A stretch of DNA of 64,000 bases from Polyangia bacterium. Lineage in GTDB: Bacteria > Myxococcota_A > Polyangia > Palsa-1104 > JAEUJZ01. The notes under the pieces were generated by a model that was given only the letters and a program-made list of their open reading frames with translations, made no database searches and had not been told where the DNA came from. The stretch lies in NCBI GenBank assembly GCA_046351595.1, contig JAXLYE010000002.1:1304022-1368021 (forward strand), in the 5' to 3' direction. Positions 9,437 through 18,221 of the stretch are shown one piece after another (position 1 is the stretch's first letter; every line of letters starts with the position of its first letter). A program made the position numbers and the translations under genes.

Positions 9437-9573
9437 GGCCCGTCACCCGCGCCGCCGCGTCGGCCGCGGTGACGCCGCAGGCCACCGGCCGGGGCGATGG
9501 CGTCCAGGGACTTGTCGCCCGGCTGCTCACTGCGATCGGTCATGAAGGACCCCTGCTGCTCGAGCCGACTGAA

Positions 9574-9588
9574 GAGGGACTGTCCCTC
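9574..9588. promoter_or_regulatory. Perfect 15-bp palindrome GAGGGACtGTCCCTC upstream of the Get3-like gene, followed by an AT-rich tract
   Basis: Seen directly, about 140 bp upstream of the minus-strand start at 9436. The adjacent sequence caacataaagaaaaacgcc is unusually AT-rich. Confidence 0.45.
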
Positions 9589-9794
9589 AACATAAAGAAA
9601 AACGCCGGCACTCGGAATACTTATCTAGGTCTTGCTGCCGAGGGCGAGCTGGCGCGTGCACCCGCCGCAGCGGTATTTCTCGACGCGAGCGGCGCCCGGC
9701 GGAGAGGTGCGTGCCTGCGACCTGGGCCCACAGCCGGTGCCGATGCGCGACTCCTTTCCGTACGCGATTCCTGCGCTCCTGGAGTCACGGTGCT

Positions 9795-9830
9795 CTGATT
9801 GGGAATCTGATTGGGAATCTGATTGGGAAT
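9795..9830. repeat. 12-bp tandem repeat x3 (ctgattgggaat) in a divergent intergenic region
   Basis: Direct reading. The GGGAATC core recurs at 41402-41427 and as the palindrome at 7243-7252. Confidence 0.85.
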
Positions 9831-10329
9831 CGGGTCGCGCGCCGACGGTCGCACCGCCTAGCGGTCCGCCGATGCGCGCCGCTCTCATCGCGCTACAGAC
9901 AGCCGGTTCGCCGACTTCTCGCTCATGTCCTCGGTCTTTCCGGAGTGCGACTGAACATTCGGTTTTTTCGATGAATTCGTACAAAAGATCGGTCTTTTCA
10001 ATATGGGATGATGGCACGCGCGGGCCGCCGATCCGCAGCGTGGGCGCGACGGCGCGCGGACGGTTTCGCGCGCGGCCGCCTCGAGCGCTCCGCTGAGCCG
10101 AGTACGGTCCGCACCGAGGCCGCCGACGCGGGCGCAGATCCGTCTCGTCCCGGGGCGGCGGCGCCGTCGTCGGCAGGAGCCGGTGCGGGGGTGCGGGTGG
10201 ACAGACCGGCGGCGGGCGCGGGGGGCCGGCCGTTACCGGATCCACCTGCCGGTCACGGCCTGGTAGCGCGTGCTCAAGGCCCGATCGTCGGCTCTGTCGG
10301 GCGGCAGGCGGCGCTTGCTGGCGGGCGCG

Positions 10330-10344
10330 TGGCATGCCGGTTGC
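10330..10344 (+). promoter_or_regulatory. Possible sigma54-type -24/-12 element TGGCAT-N5-TTGC upstream of hemG
   Basis: gtGGCATgccggTTGCgc has GG-N10-GC spacing. It lies only about 14 bp before the ATG at 10358, so the leader would be very short, hence the low confidence. Confidence 0.3.
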
Positions 10345-10357
10345 GCACCCGGGCAGT

Positions 10358-11047
10358 ATGGACCCGATCCTGATCCTGTACGCGACCCGCGAGGGGCACA
10401 CCCACCGCATCGCCGACCACATCGCCGAGCTGCTCTGCGCGCACGGCCTGCCCGTCGAGCAGCGCGACGCCCGCAACATCAAGGAGCCGTTCGACTGCTC
10501 GGGCTATGCGGCGGCGATCCTGGCCGCCTCGGTGCACCTGCAGCACCACGAGCGCGAGATGGTAAGGTTCGTGAAGCGGCACCGCGACGCGCTCGAGCGC
10601 CTGCCCAGCGCCTTTCTGTCGGTCAGCCTGTCGGAGGCCGGGGCCGAGGCCGACGCGGTCAGCCCGGAGCGGCGCGCGCGGTCGGCGGCCGACGTCGATC
10701 GCATGCTCAGCGGGTTCTTCCACGAGACCGGCTGGCACCCGGATCGGGTGTCGCCGGTGGCGGGCGCGCTGCGGTACACGAAGTACGGCCTGCTGCTGCG
10801 CTGGATCATGAAGCGCAAGGCGCGCAAGGCCGGCGCCTCGACCGACACCTCGCGCGATCACGCGCTGACGGACTGGGAGGGGCTGGATCGTTTCATCACC
10901 GCGTTCATGCACCTCTTGCCGCACACCGAGGACGCGCCGGCCGCGCATTCGGACCCCGCCGCGCGGCCCGGCAGCGCCCCGAAAGAGCAGAAGGACCAGA
11001 AGGACAGACCGGACAGCGACGGGGCGAGCCGGGGGCGGCCGGCGTGA
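10358..11047 (+). CDS. hemG: Menaquinone-dependent protoporphyrinogen IX dehydrogenase (flavodoxin-like), with a low-complexity C-terminal tail
   Basis: MDPILILYATREGHTHRIADHIA...SAFLSVSL...GALRYTKYGLLLRWIMK aligns with the HemG family along its length. The start is chosen at MDPI rather than the upstream ATG at 10334. Confidence 0.85.
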   Translation: MDPILILYATREGHTHRIADHIAELLCAHGLPVEQRDARNIKEPFDCSGYAAAILAASVHLQHHEREMVRFVKRHRDALERLPSAFLSVSLSEAGAEADAVSPERRARSAADVDRMLSGFFHETGWHPDRVSPVAGALRYTKYGLLLRWIMKRKARKAGASTDTSRDHALTDWEGLDRFITAFMHLLPHTEDAPAAHSDPAARPGSAPKEQKDQKDRPDSDGASRGRPA

Positions 11048-11062
11048 GCGCGGCGCGCCGGC

Positions 11063-12397
11063 TCACAGCACCGCGTGCGCGGGCTGCCTGCGCGGCAGCG
11101 TCACCGTGAACGTCGCGCCCTTGTCCGGCACCGCGGCGGCGGTGATGGTGCCGCCGTGGCGCTCGGCGATGCGGCGGCAGATGGCCAGGCCGACGCCGCT
11201 GCCCTCGTACTCGCTGCGGCCGTGCAGGCGCTGGAACAGGCCGAAGATGCGCTCGGCGTAGCGGCCCTCGAAGCCGATGCCGTTGTCCGCGACCACGAGC
11301 TCGATGCGCTCGGTGCCGCTCGGGTCGGGCGGCAGCGGGTTGACGGTGATCCGGACGACGGGGGAGCGGCCGGGGTGGCGGAACTTCAGGGCGTTGCCGA
11401 TCAGGTTCTGCAAGAGCTGGCGCATCTGCGTGCGGTCGGCCTGCACGACGGGCAGCTCGCCGGCCTCGATGGTCGCGCCGACCTGCTCGATGCGCACCTC
11501 GAGATCGGACAGCACCTCGCGCAGGACCTCGCCGAGCGCCACCATCTTGAACGGCTGCCCGCGTGTCACGACCCGCGAGAAGGTCAAAAGGTCCTGGATC
11601 AGCGTCTGCATGCGCACCGCCGCGCTCTGCATGCGCATCAGGTAGTCCTTGGACTGATCGTCGAGGTGGGGGGTGCGGCTCTTCAGGCGCTCGCCGAACG
11701 CCTGGATCTTGCGCAGCGGCTCCTGCAGATCGTGCGAGGCGGCGAAGGCGAAGTCCTGCAGCTCGCGGTTGCTGCGCTCGAGCTGCACCGTGTACTGCGC
11801 CAAGAGCAGGTTGGCGCGCGACAGGTCCGCGGTGCGCTCCTGCACGCGCTGCTCGAGCAGGTCGTGGGCGCGGCGCAGCTCCTGCTCGGCGAGCTTGCGC
11901 TCGGTGATGTCGCGGATGATGCACAGGATCTGCTCGGGGCGGCTGTTGCGCACCGGGCCGAGCGCGACCTCGACCGCGAACTCGCTGCCGTCGGCGCGGC
12001 GGCCGTGTAGCTCGAGCGCCGAGCCCATGCGGCGGGCGCGCGGCGCCTGCGTATAGCCCTCTCGCAGGCCCACGTGCCGCTCGGCGTAGCGCGCCGGGAT
12101 CAGCGCCTCGACGGGCAGGCCGATCATCTGGCCGCTGCCGTAGCCGAATATCAGCTCGGCCTGCGGGTTGGCGCGCAGGATGCGGCCGTCGTGCGTGACC
12201 AGCAGCGTCGCGTCCGGGGCGTACTCGAACAGGCTGTCGGAGACGTCGCCCGGCTTGTCGCCCGGCTTGTCGCCCGGCTTGTCGCCCGGCTTGTCGCCCG
12301 ACTCATCGACAGACGCGTCTCGTGACTCGCGGTGCGGCTCGGCCGGTGGTGCGGGGTTCGCGGGGTCTTCGGGGGTCGTGTGCGGTTCGGGAGGCAT
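11063..12397 (-). CDS. PAS-domain sensor histidine kinase with no adjacent response regulator; N-terminal (GDKP)x4 repeat
   Basis: A PAS fold is followed by HisKA (ASHDLQEPLRKI) and HATPase_c (NLIGNALKFR...GSGVGLAICRRIAERHGG). It is the last gene downstream of the cbb3/ccoG block, with a 30-bp gap after the DsbD_2-like gene. Confidence 0.85.
   Translation of the reverse strand: MPPEPHTTPEDPANPAPPAEPHRESRDASVDESGDKPGDKPGDKPGDKPGDVSDSLFEYAPDATLLVTHDGRILRANPQAELIFGYGSGQMIGLPVEALIPARYAERHVGLREGYTQAPRARRMGSALELHGRRADGSEFAVEVALGPVRNSRPEQILCIIRDITERKLAEQELRRAHDLLEQRVQERTADLSRANLLLAQYTVQLERSNRELQDFAFAASHDLQEPLRKIQAFGERLKSRTPHLDDQSKDYLMRMQSAAVRMQTLIQDLLTFSRVVTRGQPFKMVALGEVLREVLSDLEVRIEQVGATIEAGELPVVQADRTQMRQLLQNLIGNALKFRHPGRSPVVRITVNPLPPDPSGTERIELVVADNGIGFEGRYAERIFGLFQRLHGRSEYEGSGVGLAICRRIAERHGGTITAAAVPDKGATFTVTLPRRQPAHAVL
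12245..12304. repeat. In-frame 12-bp tandem repeat x4-5 (gtcgcccggctt) encoding (GDKP)n in the PAS kinase
   Basis: Direct reading of the DNA and the translation. Confidence 0.85.
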
Positions 12398-12427
12398 GGG
12401 TTCCCTCGGCAGCAGGCGGCGCGGGGC

Positions 12428-13234
12428 TCAGAACAGCATCAGCAGCAGCGGGCGGCCGAGCACGGTCACGCCGATGTGCTGGTGCGCGATCAGACCGAGT
12501 CCGGCCGCGCCGCACAAGAGCAGCCACACGCCTGCGACGGCGGGCAGCACGCGCGCGAGCCGGGTGCGCAGGCCGCCCTGCGTGCGGAACAGCGCCAGGC
12601 GCGGCAGCGCGGTCACGGTAAGCAGCATCGGCGTCGTCATCGCGCACAGAAGCAGCATCACCAGCGCGCCGCGCAGCGCCGAGCCCGAGAGCGCGGCCAG
12701 CCCGAGCGCCCAGCCGACGAGCATGCAAGGCAACAGGCCCATCGCGGCGCCGAGCGCCAGCGGCCGCAGCGGGTGCGTGCTCTCGAGCAGCGGGCGCAAG
12801 AAGCCCTGGGCGCGCTCGACGCTGCGCAGCTGGAAGCTCTTGCCTTCGTCGGCGCTGCGGCGCAGGCGGACGAGCTCGGGCGCGGGCCGTGCCTGCTGCC
12901 CTCCGAGCTGCAGGCGCTGCAGGAGCGGTCGCAGCAGCGGCCACAGCGCCGCCACCCCGAGCGCGAGCGCGAGCAGCGAGCCGGCCGGCCGCAGGATCCG
13001 CGACAGCCCGGCGCCGAGCAGCCCGCACAGCGCGCCGAGCCAGGCGTAGGTCAGCGAGCGGCCGAGCTGGTACAGGAGCACCTGGCCCGCGCCGCGTAGG
13101 GCGCTGCGCCCGCTGCGCACGCCCGCGACGTCCAGCCCGACGAGCAGCGGTCCGCACATGCCGGCGCAGTGCGCGCTCACCCAGACCAGGCCGAGCCCGA
13201 GCAGCTGCGCGTAGGGGCTGGGCAGCGCGCTCAT
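12428..13234 (-). CDS. DsbD_2-type membrane protein, the kind usually annotated sulfite exporter TauE/SafE-like next to ccoG
   Basis: It is polytopic and hydrophobic, carries an HCAGMCGP motif in the first helix, and its ATG overlaps the ccoG stop (ATGA). Confidence 0.6.
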   Translation of the reverse strand: MSALPSPYAQLLGLGLVWVSAHCAGMCGPLLVGLDVAGVRSGRSALRGAGQVLLYQLGRSLTYAWLGALCGLLGAGLSRILRPAGSLLALALGVAALWPLLRPLLQRLQLGGQQARPAPELVRLRRSADEGKSFQLRSVERAQGFLRPLLESTHPLRPLALGAAMGLLPCMLVGWALGLAALSGSALRGALVMLLLCAMTTPMLLTVTALPRLALFRTQGGLRTRLARVLPAVAGVWLLLCGAAGLGLIAHQHIGVTVLGRPLLLMLF

Positions 13235-14667
13235 GGCGAGCGACCCGGTGCGGCAAACAGCAGCGGACCGGCAAAGGGGACCTCGAGCTCGCGCACCGCG
13301 CCGCTGCGCTCGTCCGTGATGCGCAGCGTCGCGTGACGGCCGGGGCGGAAGCCGCTCTTTTGCGCCGACAGCACGACCGTGATGGCGCGGCTCTCCAGCG
13401 GCGCCAGGCTGGCCTCGGGCTGCGGGATGAGGACCTGCAGCCCGGACGCATCGGCCGGCGGCTGCGACGCATTGGCCGGCGCGCTGATGCGCAGGGTCAC
13501 GGGCTCGGCGCGCTTGTTGATGACGTGCACGAGCACGTGGTTGCGCACGGTGTCGCCGTCGATCACGTAGGGCGCGCCGCGACCGCGCACGAGGTTGGCC
13601 TCGAACGGCTGGTAGCGCGCGAACGCGGTGGCGAGCGCCAGGAGGCCGAGCAGGCCGAGACCGGCGTAGGCGATCACGCGCGGGCGGATGAAGCGGCGCG
13701 GCTCGCCGTCGAGCGCGCGCTCGCTGTCATACCGGATGAGGCCCGGCTTGCGCCCGACCTTGAGCATGATCTCGTCGCAGGCGTCGATGCAGCCGGCGCA
13801 GCCGATGCACTCCATCTGCAGGCCGTTGCGGATGTCGATGTCGGTCGGGCACACCGCGACGCAGCGGCGGCAGTCGATGCAGTCGCCGGCGCCCGTCGCG
13901 CCGACCTTGCCGCGCGGCTCGCCGCGGCGCTTGTCGTAGCCGATGACGACGGTGTCGCGGTCCTGCATGGCCGACTGCAGGCGCCCGTACGGGCAGAGGA
14001 TCAGGCAGAACTGCTCGCGGAACCAGAAGAAGTTGAAGTAGAGGATCCCGGTCAGGCCGATGCCCCAAAGGAACGCGGTCCAGTTCGCGAGCGGGTTGTC
14101 CCGCATCATGCGCAACAGCTCGGGGATCGAGACGAAGTACGCCAAAAACAGGTGCGCGAGCACGAACGAGACGAGCAGGAACAGCGCGTGCTTCAGCACG
14201 CGGCGCGCCAGCTTGTTGAGCGTCCAGGGCGCACGCGCCAGCGCCGCGCGGGCCGTGGCCGGGCCCTCGATGAGGCGCTCGATGCGGCGGTAGATTCCCT
14301 CGAGCAGCACGGTCTGCGGGCACGCCCAGCCGCAAAAGATGCGGCCGAACAGCGCGGCCAGCACGATGAGCACGAAGCCGACGCCGCTGACCACGAAGAA
14401 CAGGTAGAAGAAGTCCTGCGCGTTGAAGACCTTGCCGAACAGGTAGAAGCGGCGCTCCAAGATGTTGATGAAGACGGCGGGGTGGCCGTTCACCGTGATC
14501 CAGGGCAGGGCCAGGTAGATCAAGAGCAGCAGCGCAAAGACACGCGGGCGCCAGCGGGTGAAGCGGCCCTGCACGTCGGCGGGGTAGATGTAGCGGCGCC
14601 CGCCGCGCTCGTCCAGGACGTGCAGCTTGTCAAGGCCGGGCGAGGAGCGGGTGCGCGACTGGGTCAT
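13231..14667 (-). CDS. ccoG: cbb3 oxidase accessory protein CcoG/FixG (polyferredoxin with a FixG_C Ig-like domain)
   Basis: FCGWACPQT and CIDCRRCVAVCP...CIGCAGCIDAC 4Fe-4S motifs are present, plus the C-terminal beta-domain. Confidence 0.9.
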   Translation of the reverse strand: MTQSRTRSSPGLDKLHVLDERGGRRYIYPADVQGRFTRWRPRVFALLLLIYLALPWITVNGHPAVFINILERRFYLFGKVFNAQDFFYLFFVVSGVGFVLIVLAALFGRIFCGWACPQTVLLEGIYRRIERLIEGPATARAALARAPWTLNKLARRVLKHALFLLVSFVLAHLFLAYFVSIPELLRMMRDNPLANWTAFLWGIGLTGILYFNFFWFREQFCLILCPYGRLQSAMQDRDTVVIGYDKRRGEPRGKVGATGAGDCIDCRRCVAVCPTDIDIRNGLQMECIGCAGCIDACDEIMLKVGRKPGLIRYDSERALDGEPRRFIRPRVIAYAGLGLLGLLALATAFARYQPFEANLVRGRGAPYVIDGDTVRNHVLVHVINKRAEPVTLRISAPANASQPPADASGLQVLIPQPEASLAPLESRAITVVLSAQKSGFRPGRHATLRITDERSGAVRELEVPFAGPLLFAAPGRSP

Positions 14668-14727
14668 GGGAGTCTCCGCGAGCTCGTTCTGGGCGGGCTC
14701 GTTCTGGGCGTTCTCAAGCGGGCGCGC

Positions 14728-15411
14728 TCAGGGCGCCACCTGCCCGGTCGCGCTCGTGCCCTGCGGCGCCTTTCCGGGGACGTTGGTGTCGCGGAGCGAG
14801 AGGACGTAGGCGACCGCCTCCTTGACCTTGGTCGCGCCGAGCACCGGCTTCCACGACGGCATGCCCTTGTCGAGGACGCCGGCGCTGACGCTGCCGTAGA
14901 TGTCGCGCGCCTTGCTGCCGTGGATCCAGTAGCCGTCGGTCAGGTTGGGGCCGACCACGCCCTGGCCGCGATCGCCGTGGCACGCGACGCAGTTCTGCTT
15001 GAACACCGCGGCGCCGCGCGCGACGGCCTCGGGATCACGGCCCAGGGCGGTGAGCTGCTCTTCGGTGACGCCCTTGCCCTGTGCCTCCAGCGCGGCCTCC
15101 AGGGCGTCCTGCTCTTCCTGGGCGCGGCGCAGCTCGTCGCGGAACGCGGCCATCGGCAGGAGGCCCGCGCCGAGCGTGTGGTAGTAGAACCAGTACACGA
15201 CCGAGAAGGCGATGGCGCCGTACAGCGTGAACAGCCACCAGCGCGGCAGCGGGTTGTCGAGCTCGCGGATGCCGTCGTAGTCGTGTCCCGTGTCGGGGGC
15301 CGTGTCCTGAACCCCGTCGTGGACCCTGTCGTGGACCCCGTCGTGGACCCTGTCGTGGACCCTGTCGTGGACCCTCTCTGGGCTCACGGTTTCCTGTGTC
15401 GTAGCGCTCAT
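14728..15411 (-). CDS. ccoP: cbb3-type cytochrome c oxidase subunit CcoP, monoheme variant with an N-terminal (RVHD)n repeat
   Basis: The family signature DGIRELDNPLPRWW and a transmembrane helix are followed by a single CVACHG heme site. No second CxxCH was found. Confidence 0.85.
   Translation of the reverse strand: MSATTQETVSPERVHDRVHDRVHDGVHDRVHDGVQDTAPDTGHDYDGIRELDNPLPRWWLFTLYGAIAFSVVYWFYYHTLGAGLLPMAAFRDELRRAQEEQDALEAALEAQGKGVTEEQLTALGRDPEAVARGAAVFKQNCVACHGDRGQGVVGPNLTDGYWIHGSKARDIYGSVSAGVLDKGMPSWKPVLGATKVKEAVAYVLSLRDTNVPGKAPQGTSATGQVAP
15304..15375. repeat. In-frame 12-bp tandem repeat x5-6 (gtcgtggaccct) encoding (D/G)RVHD repeats at the CcoP N-terminus
   Basis: Direct reading. Confidence 0.85.
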
Positions 15412-15632
15412 GGCGACTCCCTCCCTTCGCTCGGCGCGGCCGCCCTGCCCGCAGCCTGAGCAACCGCCGTGCCGTCGTCGCTGAGCGGCAGCCCGGCCAG
15501 CTCGGCGTAGGCCGCGCGCTGCGAGCCGCGCAGCGTGTACAGGACCGCAGCGACGAACGTGATCAGGAACGACAGCATCGCCACGATCGGGAGGATCAGG
15601 AGGCCGCGTCCGGAAAAGAACTCGTGGTACAT
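15408..15632 (-). CDS. ccoQ: Small single-TM cbb3 subunit CcoQ/FixQ-like
   Basis: It is 74 aa with one hydrophobic helix (LLILPIVAMLSFLITFVAAVLY), lies between ccoNO and ccoP, and its stop overlaps the ccoP start. Confidence 0.7.
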   Translation of the reverse strand: MYHEFFSGRGLLILPIVAMLSFLITFVAAVLYTLRGSQRAAYAELAGLPLSDDGTAVAQAAGRAAAPSEGRESP

Positions 15633-15660
15633 GGGAACGTCTCCAGTTGCCTGCTGGCCG

Positions 15661-15728
15661 GTTACTCTCTGGCCACTTCCTGTTACTGATTTGTTACTTC
15701 GTCGTTACCGCGGCGCCCGGCCGTTACT
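15661..15728. promoter_or_regulatory. Five direct GTTAC(T/C) repeats in the ccoNO-ccoQ intercistronic region (spacings 21, 11, 12, 18 bp)
   Basis: The pair TGTTActgattTGTTAc is 11 bp centre-to-centre, which resembles ArcA/OmpR-family direct-repeat boxes. Confidence 0.35.
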
Positions 15729-18063
15729 TCCTGGCCTCGGGCGCCGCTGCGGTCGTCGCCGCCGTCGCTGTCACCGCAGAGCCCGGGTTCTTGCCGAGGC
15801 GCTGCAGGTACGCGATGAGCGCGACCATCTCGCTGTCCCATGCAACCGGCGCGCCCTGGCTCGCGAGCTCACTGGCGATGCCCTTGGCCTGGGACTCCAG
15901 GTCGCTGTTCGCGCTCGACAGCTCCGCCGCCGAGTAGGGCACGCCGAGGGTGCGCATCGCGCTCATCTTCACCGTCGTGTCGCCGGTGTCGATCGTGCGC
16001 TGGAGCAGGAACGCGTACGGCGGCATGTTCGAGCCCACCGACGTGACCCGCGGATCGATCAGGTGCTGGTAGTGCCACAGGTGCGAGTACTTGCCGCCGA
16101 CGCGGTGCAGGTCCGGGCCGGTGCGCTTGGAGCCCCACTGGAACGGGTGGTCGTAGATGAACTCTCCCGCGGTGCTCGGCTCGCCGTAGCGCAGCTTCTC
16201 GCCCTGCAGCGGGCGCACCATCTGCGAGTGGCAGACGTAGCAGCCCTCGCGCACGTAGATGTCGCGGCCGTGCAGCTCGAGCGGGCGGTAGGGCGTCTGC
16301 ACCGGGCCGGTGCGCGGCACCGCGCGGTCGACGACCAGCGTCGGCAGGATCTCGGCGACACCGCCGACCAGCACCGCGATGAGCGCCAGCACCGAGAACA
16401 AGAGCGAGCGGCCCTCGAGCACGCGGTGCACGTCGATGCGGCCTCTGTCATCGCGCGGCACGCCGAACACGAACCACGCGGCGACCACCAGGATGACCAT
16501 GCCGGTGATCAGCAGCGTCGCGACCGGGATCTGATCGACCAGGAAGAAGGTGCCGAGGATCACGAAGGCCGCCACCGAGATCAGGATCGGCGTCGAGAAC
16601 ACCAGGCGCGTCCACGGGATCGTCGGGCGCGCCGGCTCGGGCTCGGGGTCGAGCACCTCGACCGTGGTGTCCACCGGCGTGCCGGCGGCGATGGTCTTGC
16701 CGAGGTTCCAGGCCATGAGCAGGAAGCCGACCAGGTACATCGTGCCGCCCACCGCGCGCGTCATGTACAGCGGCCGGATCGCCAGCAGCGTCTCGACGAA
16801 GCTCGGGTAAAGGAGCGCTCCCTCGGAGGTCGTGGCGCGCCACATCAGGCCCTGGGTGATGCCGCTGATCCACATCGAGATCGTGTAGAGCAGGATGCCG
16901 AACGTGCCGAGCCAGAAGTGGAAGTCGGCGGCGGCCTTGCTGTGCAGCGGGCGGTTCCACAGCCGCGGCACCAGGAAGTAGAACATGCCGGCGGCCATGA
17001 AGCCGTTCCAGCCGAGCGCCCCGGTGTGGACGTGGCCGATGATCCAGTCGGTGTAGTGGGCCAGGCCCGAGACGCTCTTGATCGAGAGCAGCGGGCCCTC
17101 GAACGTCGCCATGCCGTAGAACGTCACGCCGGCGATCAGGAACTTGAGGACCGGATCCGTGCGCAGCTTGCCCCAGGCGCCGCGCAGCGTCAGAAGTCCG
17201 TTGATCATGCCGCCCCACGACGGCGCCCACAGCATCAGCGAGAACAGCATGCCCATCGACTGCGCCCAGTCCGGGAGCGCGGTGTAGAGCAGGTGGTGCG
17301 GCCCGGCCCAGATGTACATGAAGATCAGGGCCCAGAAGTGGATGATGCTGAGCCGGTACGAGTACACCGGGCGGCCCGCGGCCTTGGGCAGGAAGTAGTA
17401 CATGATGCCGAGGATCGGGGTGGTCAGGAAGAAGGCGACCGCGTTGTGCCCGTACCACCACTGCACCAGCGCGTCCTGCACGCCGGCGAAGACCGAGTAG
17501 CTCTTGATGCCCTTGCCGATCGGCAGCGCCAGCGAGTTCACGACGTGCAGCACGGCCACGGTCAGGATGGTGGCGATGTAGAACCACAGCGCGACGAACA
17601 GGTGCTCTTCACGGCGGCGCTTCAGCGTTAAGAAAAAGTTGATGCCGAAGGTGATCCACACCAGCGCGATGGCGATGTCGATCGGCCACTCGAGCTCCGC
17701 GTACTCCTTCGACTGGGTGATGCCGAGCGGCAGGGTGATCGCGGCGGCGACGATGATGAGCTGCCAGCCCCAGAAGTGGACCGCGGACAAGAGGTCGCTG
17801 GCCATGCGCGCCTTGCACAGCCGCTGCGTCGAGTAGTAGATGCCGGCGAAGAGCATGTTGCCGACGAACGCGAAGATGACCGCGTTGGTGTGCAGCGGCC
17901 GCAGGCGCCCGAAGCTGAGCCAGGGCGCGAGGTTCAGCTGGTGGAAGGCGAGCTGGCAGGCGATGAACACGCCGACGAGCATGCCCACCGCGCCCCAGAA
18001 GACGGAGGCGAGCAGGAATCGTCTCACAGAGCGATCGTCATAGGTGATGGATACGGGCTTCAT
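15724..18063 (-). CDS. ccoNO: Fused cbb3-type cytochrome c oxidase subunits I and II (CcoN-CcoO)
   Basis: The N-terminal 12-TM heme-copper oxidase segment ([15 protein letters not shown]...) continues in one frame into a CcoO-like monoheme domain ([11 protein letters not shown]...[11 protein letters not shown]). Confidence 0.9.
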   Translation of the reverse strand: MKPVSITYDDRSVRRFLLASVFWGAVGMLVGVFIACQLAFHQLNLAPWLSFGRLRPLHTNAVIFAFVGNMLFAGIYYSTQRLCKARMASDLLSAVHFWGWQLIIVAAAITLPLGITQSKEYAELEWPIDIAIALVWITFGINFFLTLKRRREEHLFVALWFYIATILTVAVLHVVNSLALPIGKGIKSYSVFAGVQDALVQWWYGHNAVAFFLTTPILGIMYYFLPKAAGRPVYSYRLSIIHFWALIFMYIWAGPHHLLYTALPDWAQSMGMLFSLMLWAPSWGGMINGLLTLRGAWGKLRTDPVLKFLIAGVTFYGMATFEGPLLSIKSVSGLAHYTDWIIGHVHTGALGWNGFMAAGMFYFLVPRLWNRPLHSKAAADFHFWLGTFGILLYTISMWISGITQGLMWRATTSEGALLYPSFVETLLAIRPLYMTRAVGGTMYLVGFLLMAWNLGKTIAAGTPVDTTVEVLDPEPEPARPTIPWTRLVFSTPILISVAAFVILGTFFLVDQIPVATLLITGMVILVVAAWFVFGVPRDDRGRIDVHRVLEGRSLLFSVLALIAVLVGGVAEILPTLVVDRAVPRTGPVQTPYRPLELHGRDIYVREGCYVCHSQMVRPLQGEKLRYGEPSTAGEFIYDHPFQWGSKRTGPDLHRVGGKYSHLWHYQHLIDPRVTSVGSNMPPYAFLLQRTIDTGDTTVKMSAMRTLGVPYSAAELSSANSDLESQAKGIASELASQGAPVAWDSEMVALIAYLQRLGKNPGSAVTATAATTAAAPEARK

Positions 18064-18221
18064 GGTCCTTCCTCTTGCATCGGGGGCTCCTCCTCCAGCG
18101 GGAGGAGCGAAAGTCGGTCGGAGTGCTCGTGCGTGCGCCGCAGGAACAGCGCGCCGAACAAGAGCGCGAACAGCAGCACGAGGATCAAGCTGACGAACAG
18201 CGTCAGGTAGATGGCGTTCAT
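18060..18221 (-). CDS. ccoS: cbb3 oxidase maturation protein CcoS/FixS (53 aa, single TM)
   Basis: [35 protein letters not shown] is the size and architecture of CcoS. Its stop overlaps the ccoNO start, and its ATG overlaps the ccoI stop (ATGA). Confidence 0.7.
   Translation of the reverse strand: MNAIYLTLFVSLILVLLFALLFGALFLRRTHEHSDRLSLLPLEEEPPMQEEGP

Noticed and set aside
9795-9830. CRISPR array candidates among the tandem repeats (9795, 53326, 56734, 62767)
   Set aside because: The units are 12-21 bp and directly abutting with no spacers. Several are in-frame inside genes, and no cas genes are present.
10334-10357. Upstream ATG (MPVAHPGS...) as the hemG start
   Set aside because: HemG homologues begin at the MDPILILY-like Met. 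The upstream extension has no homology and would place the start codon inside a possible promoter element.
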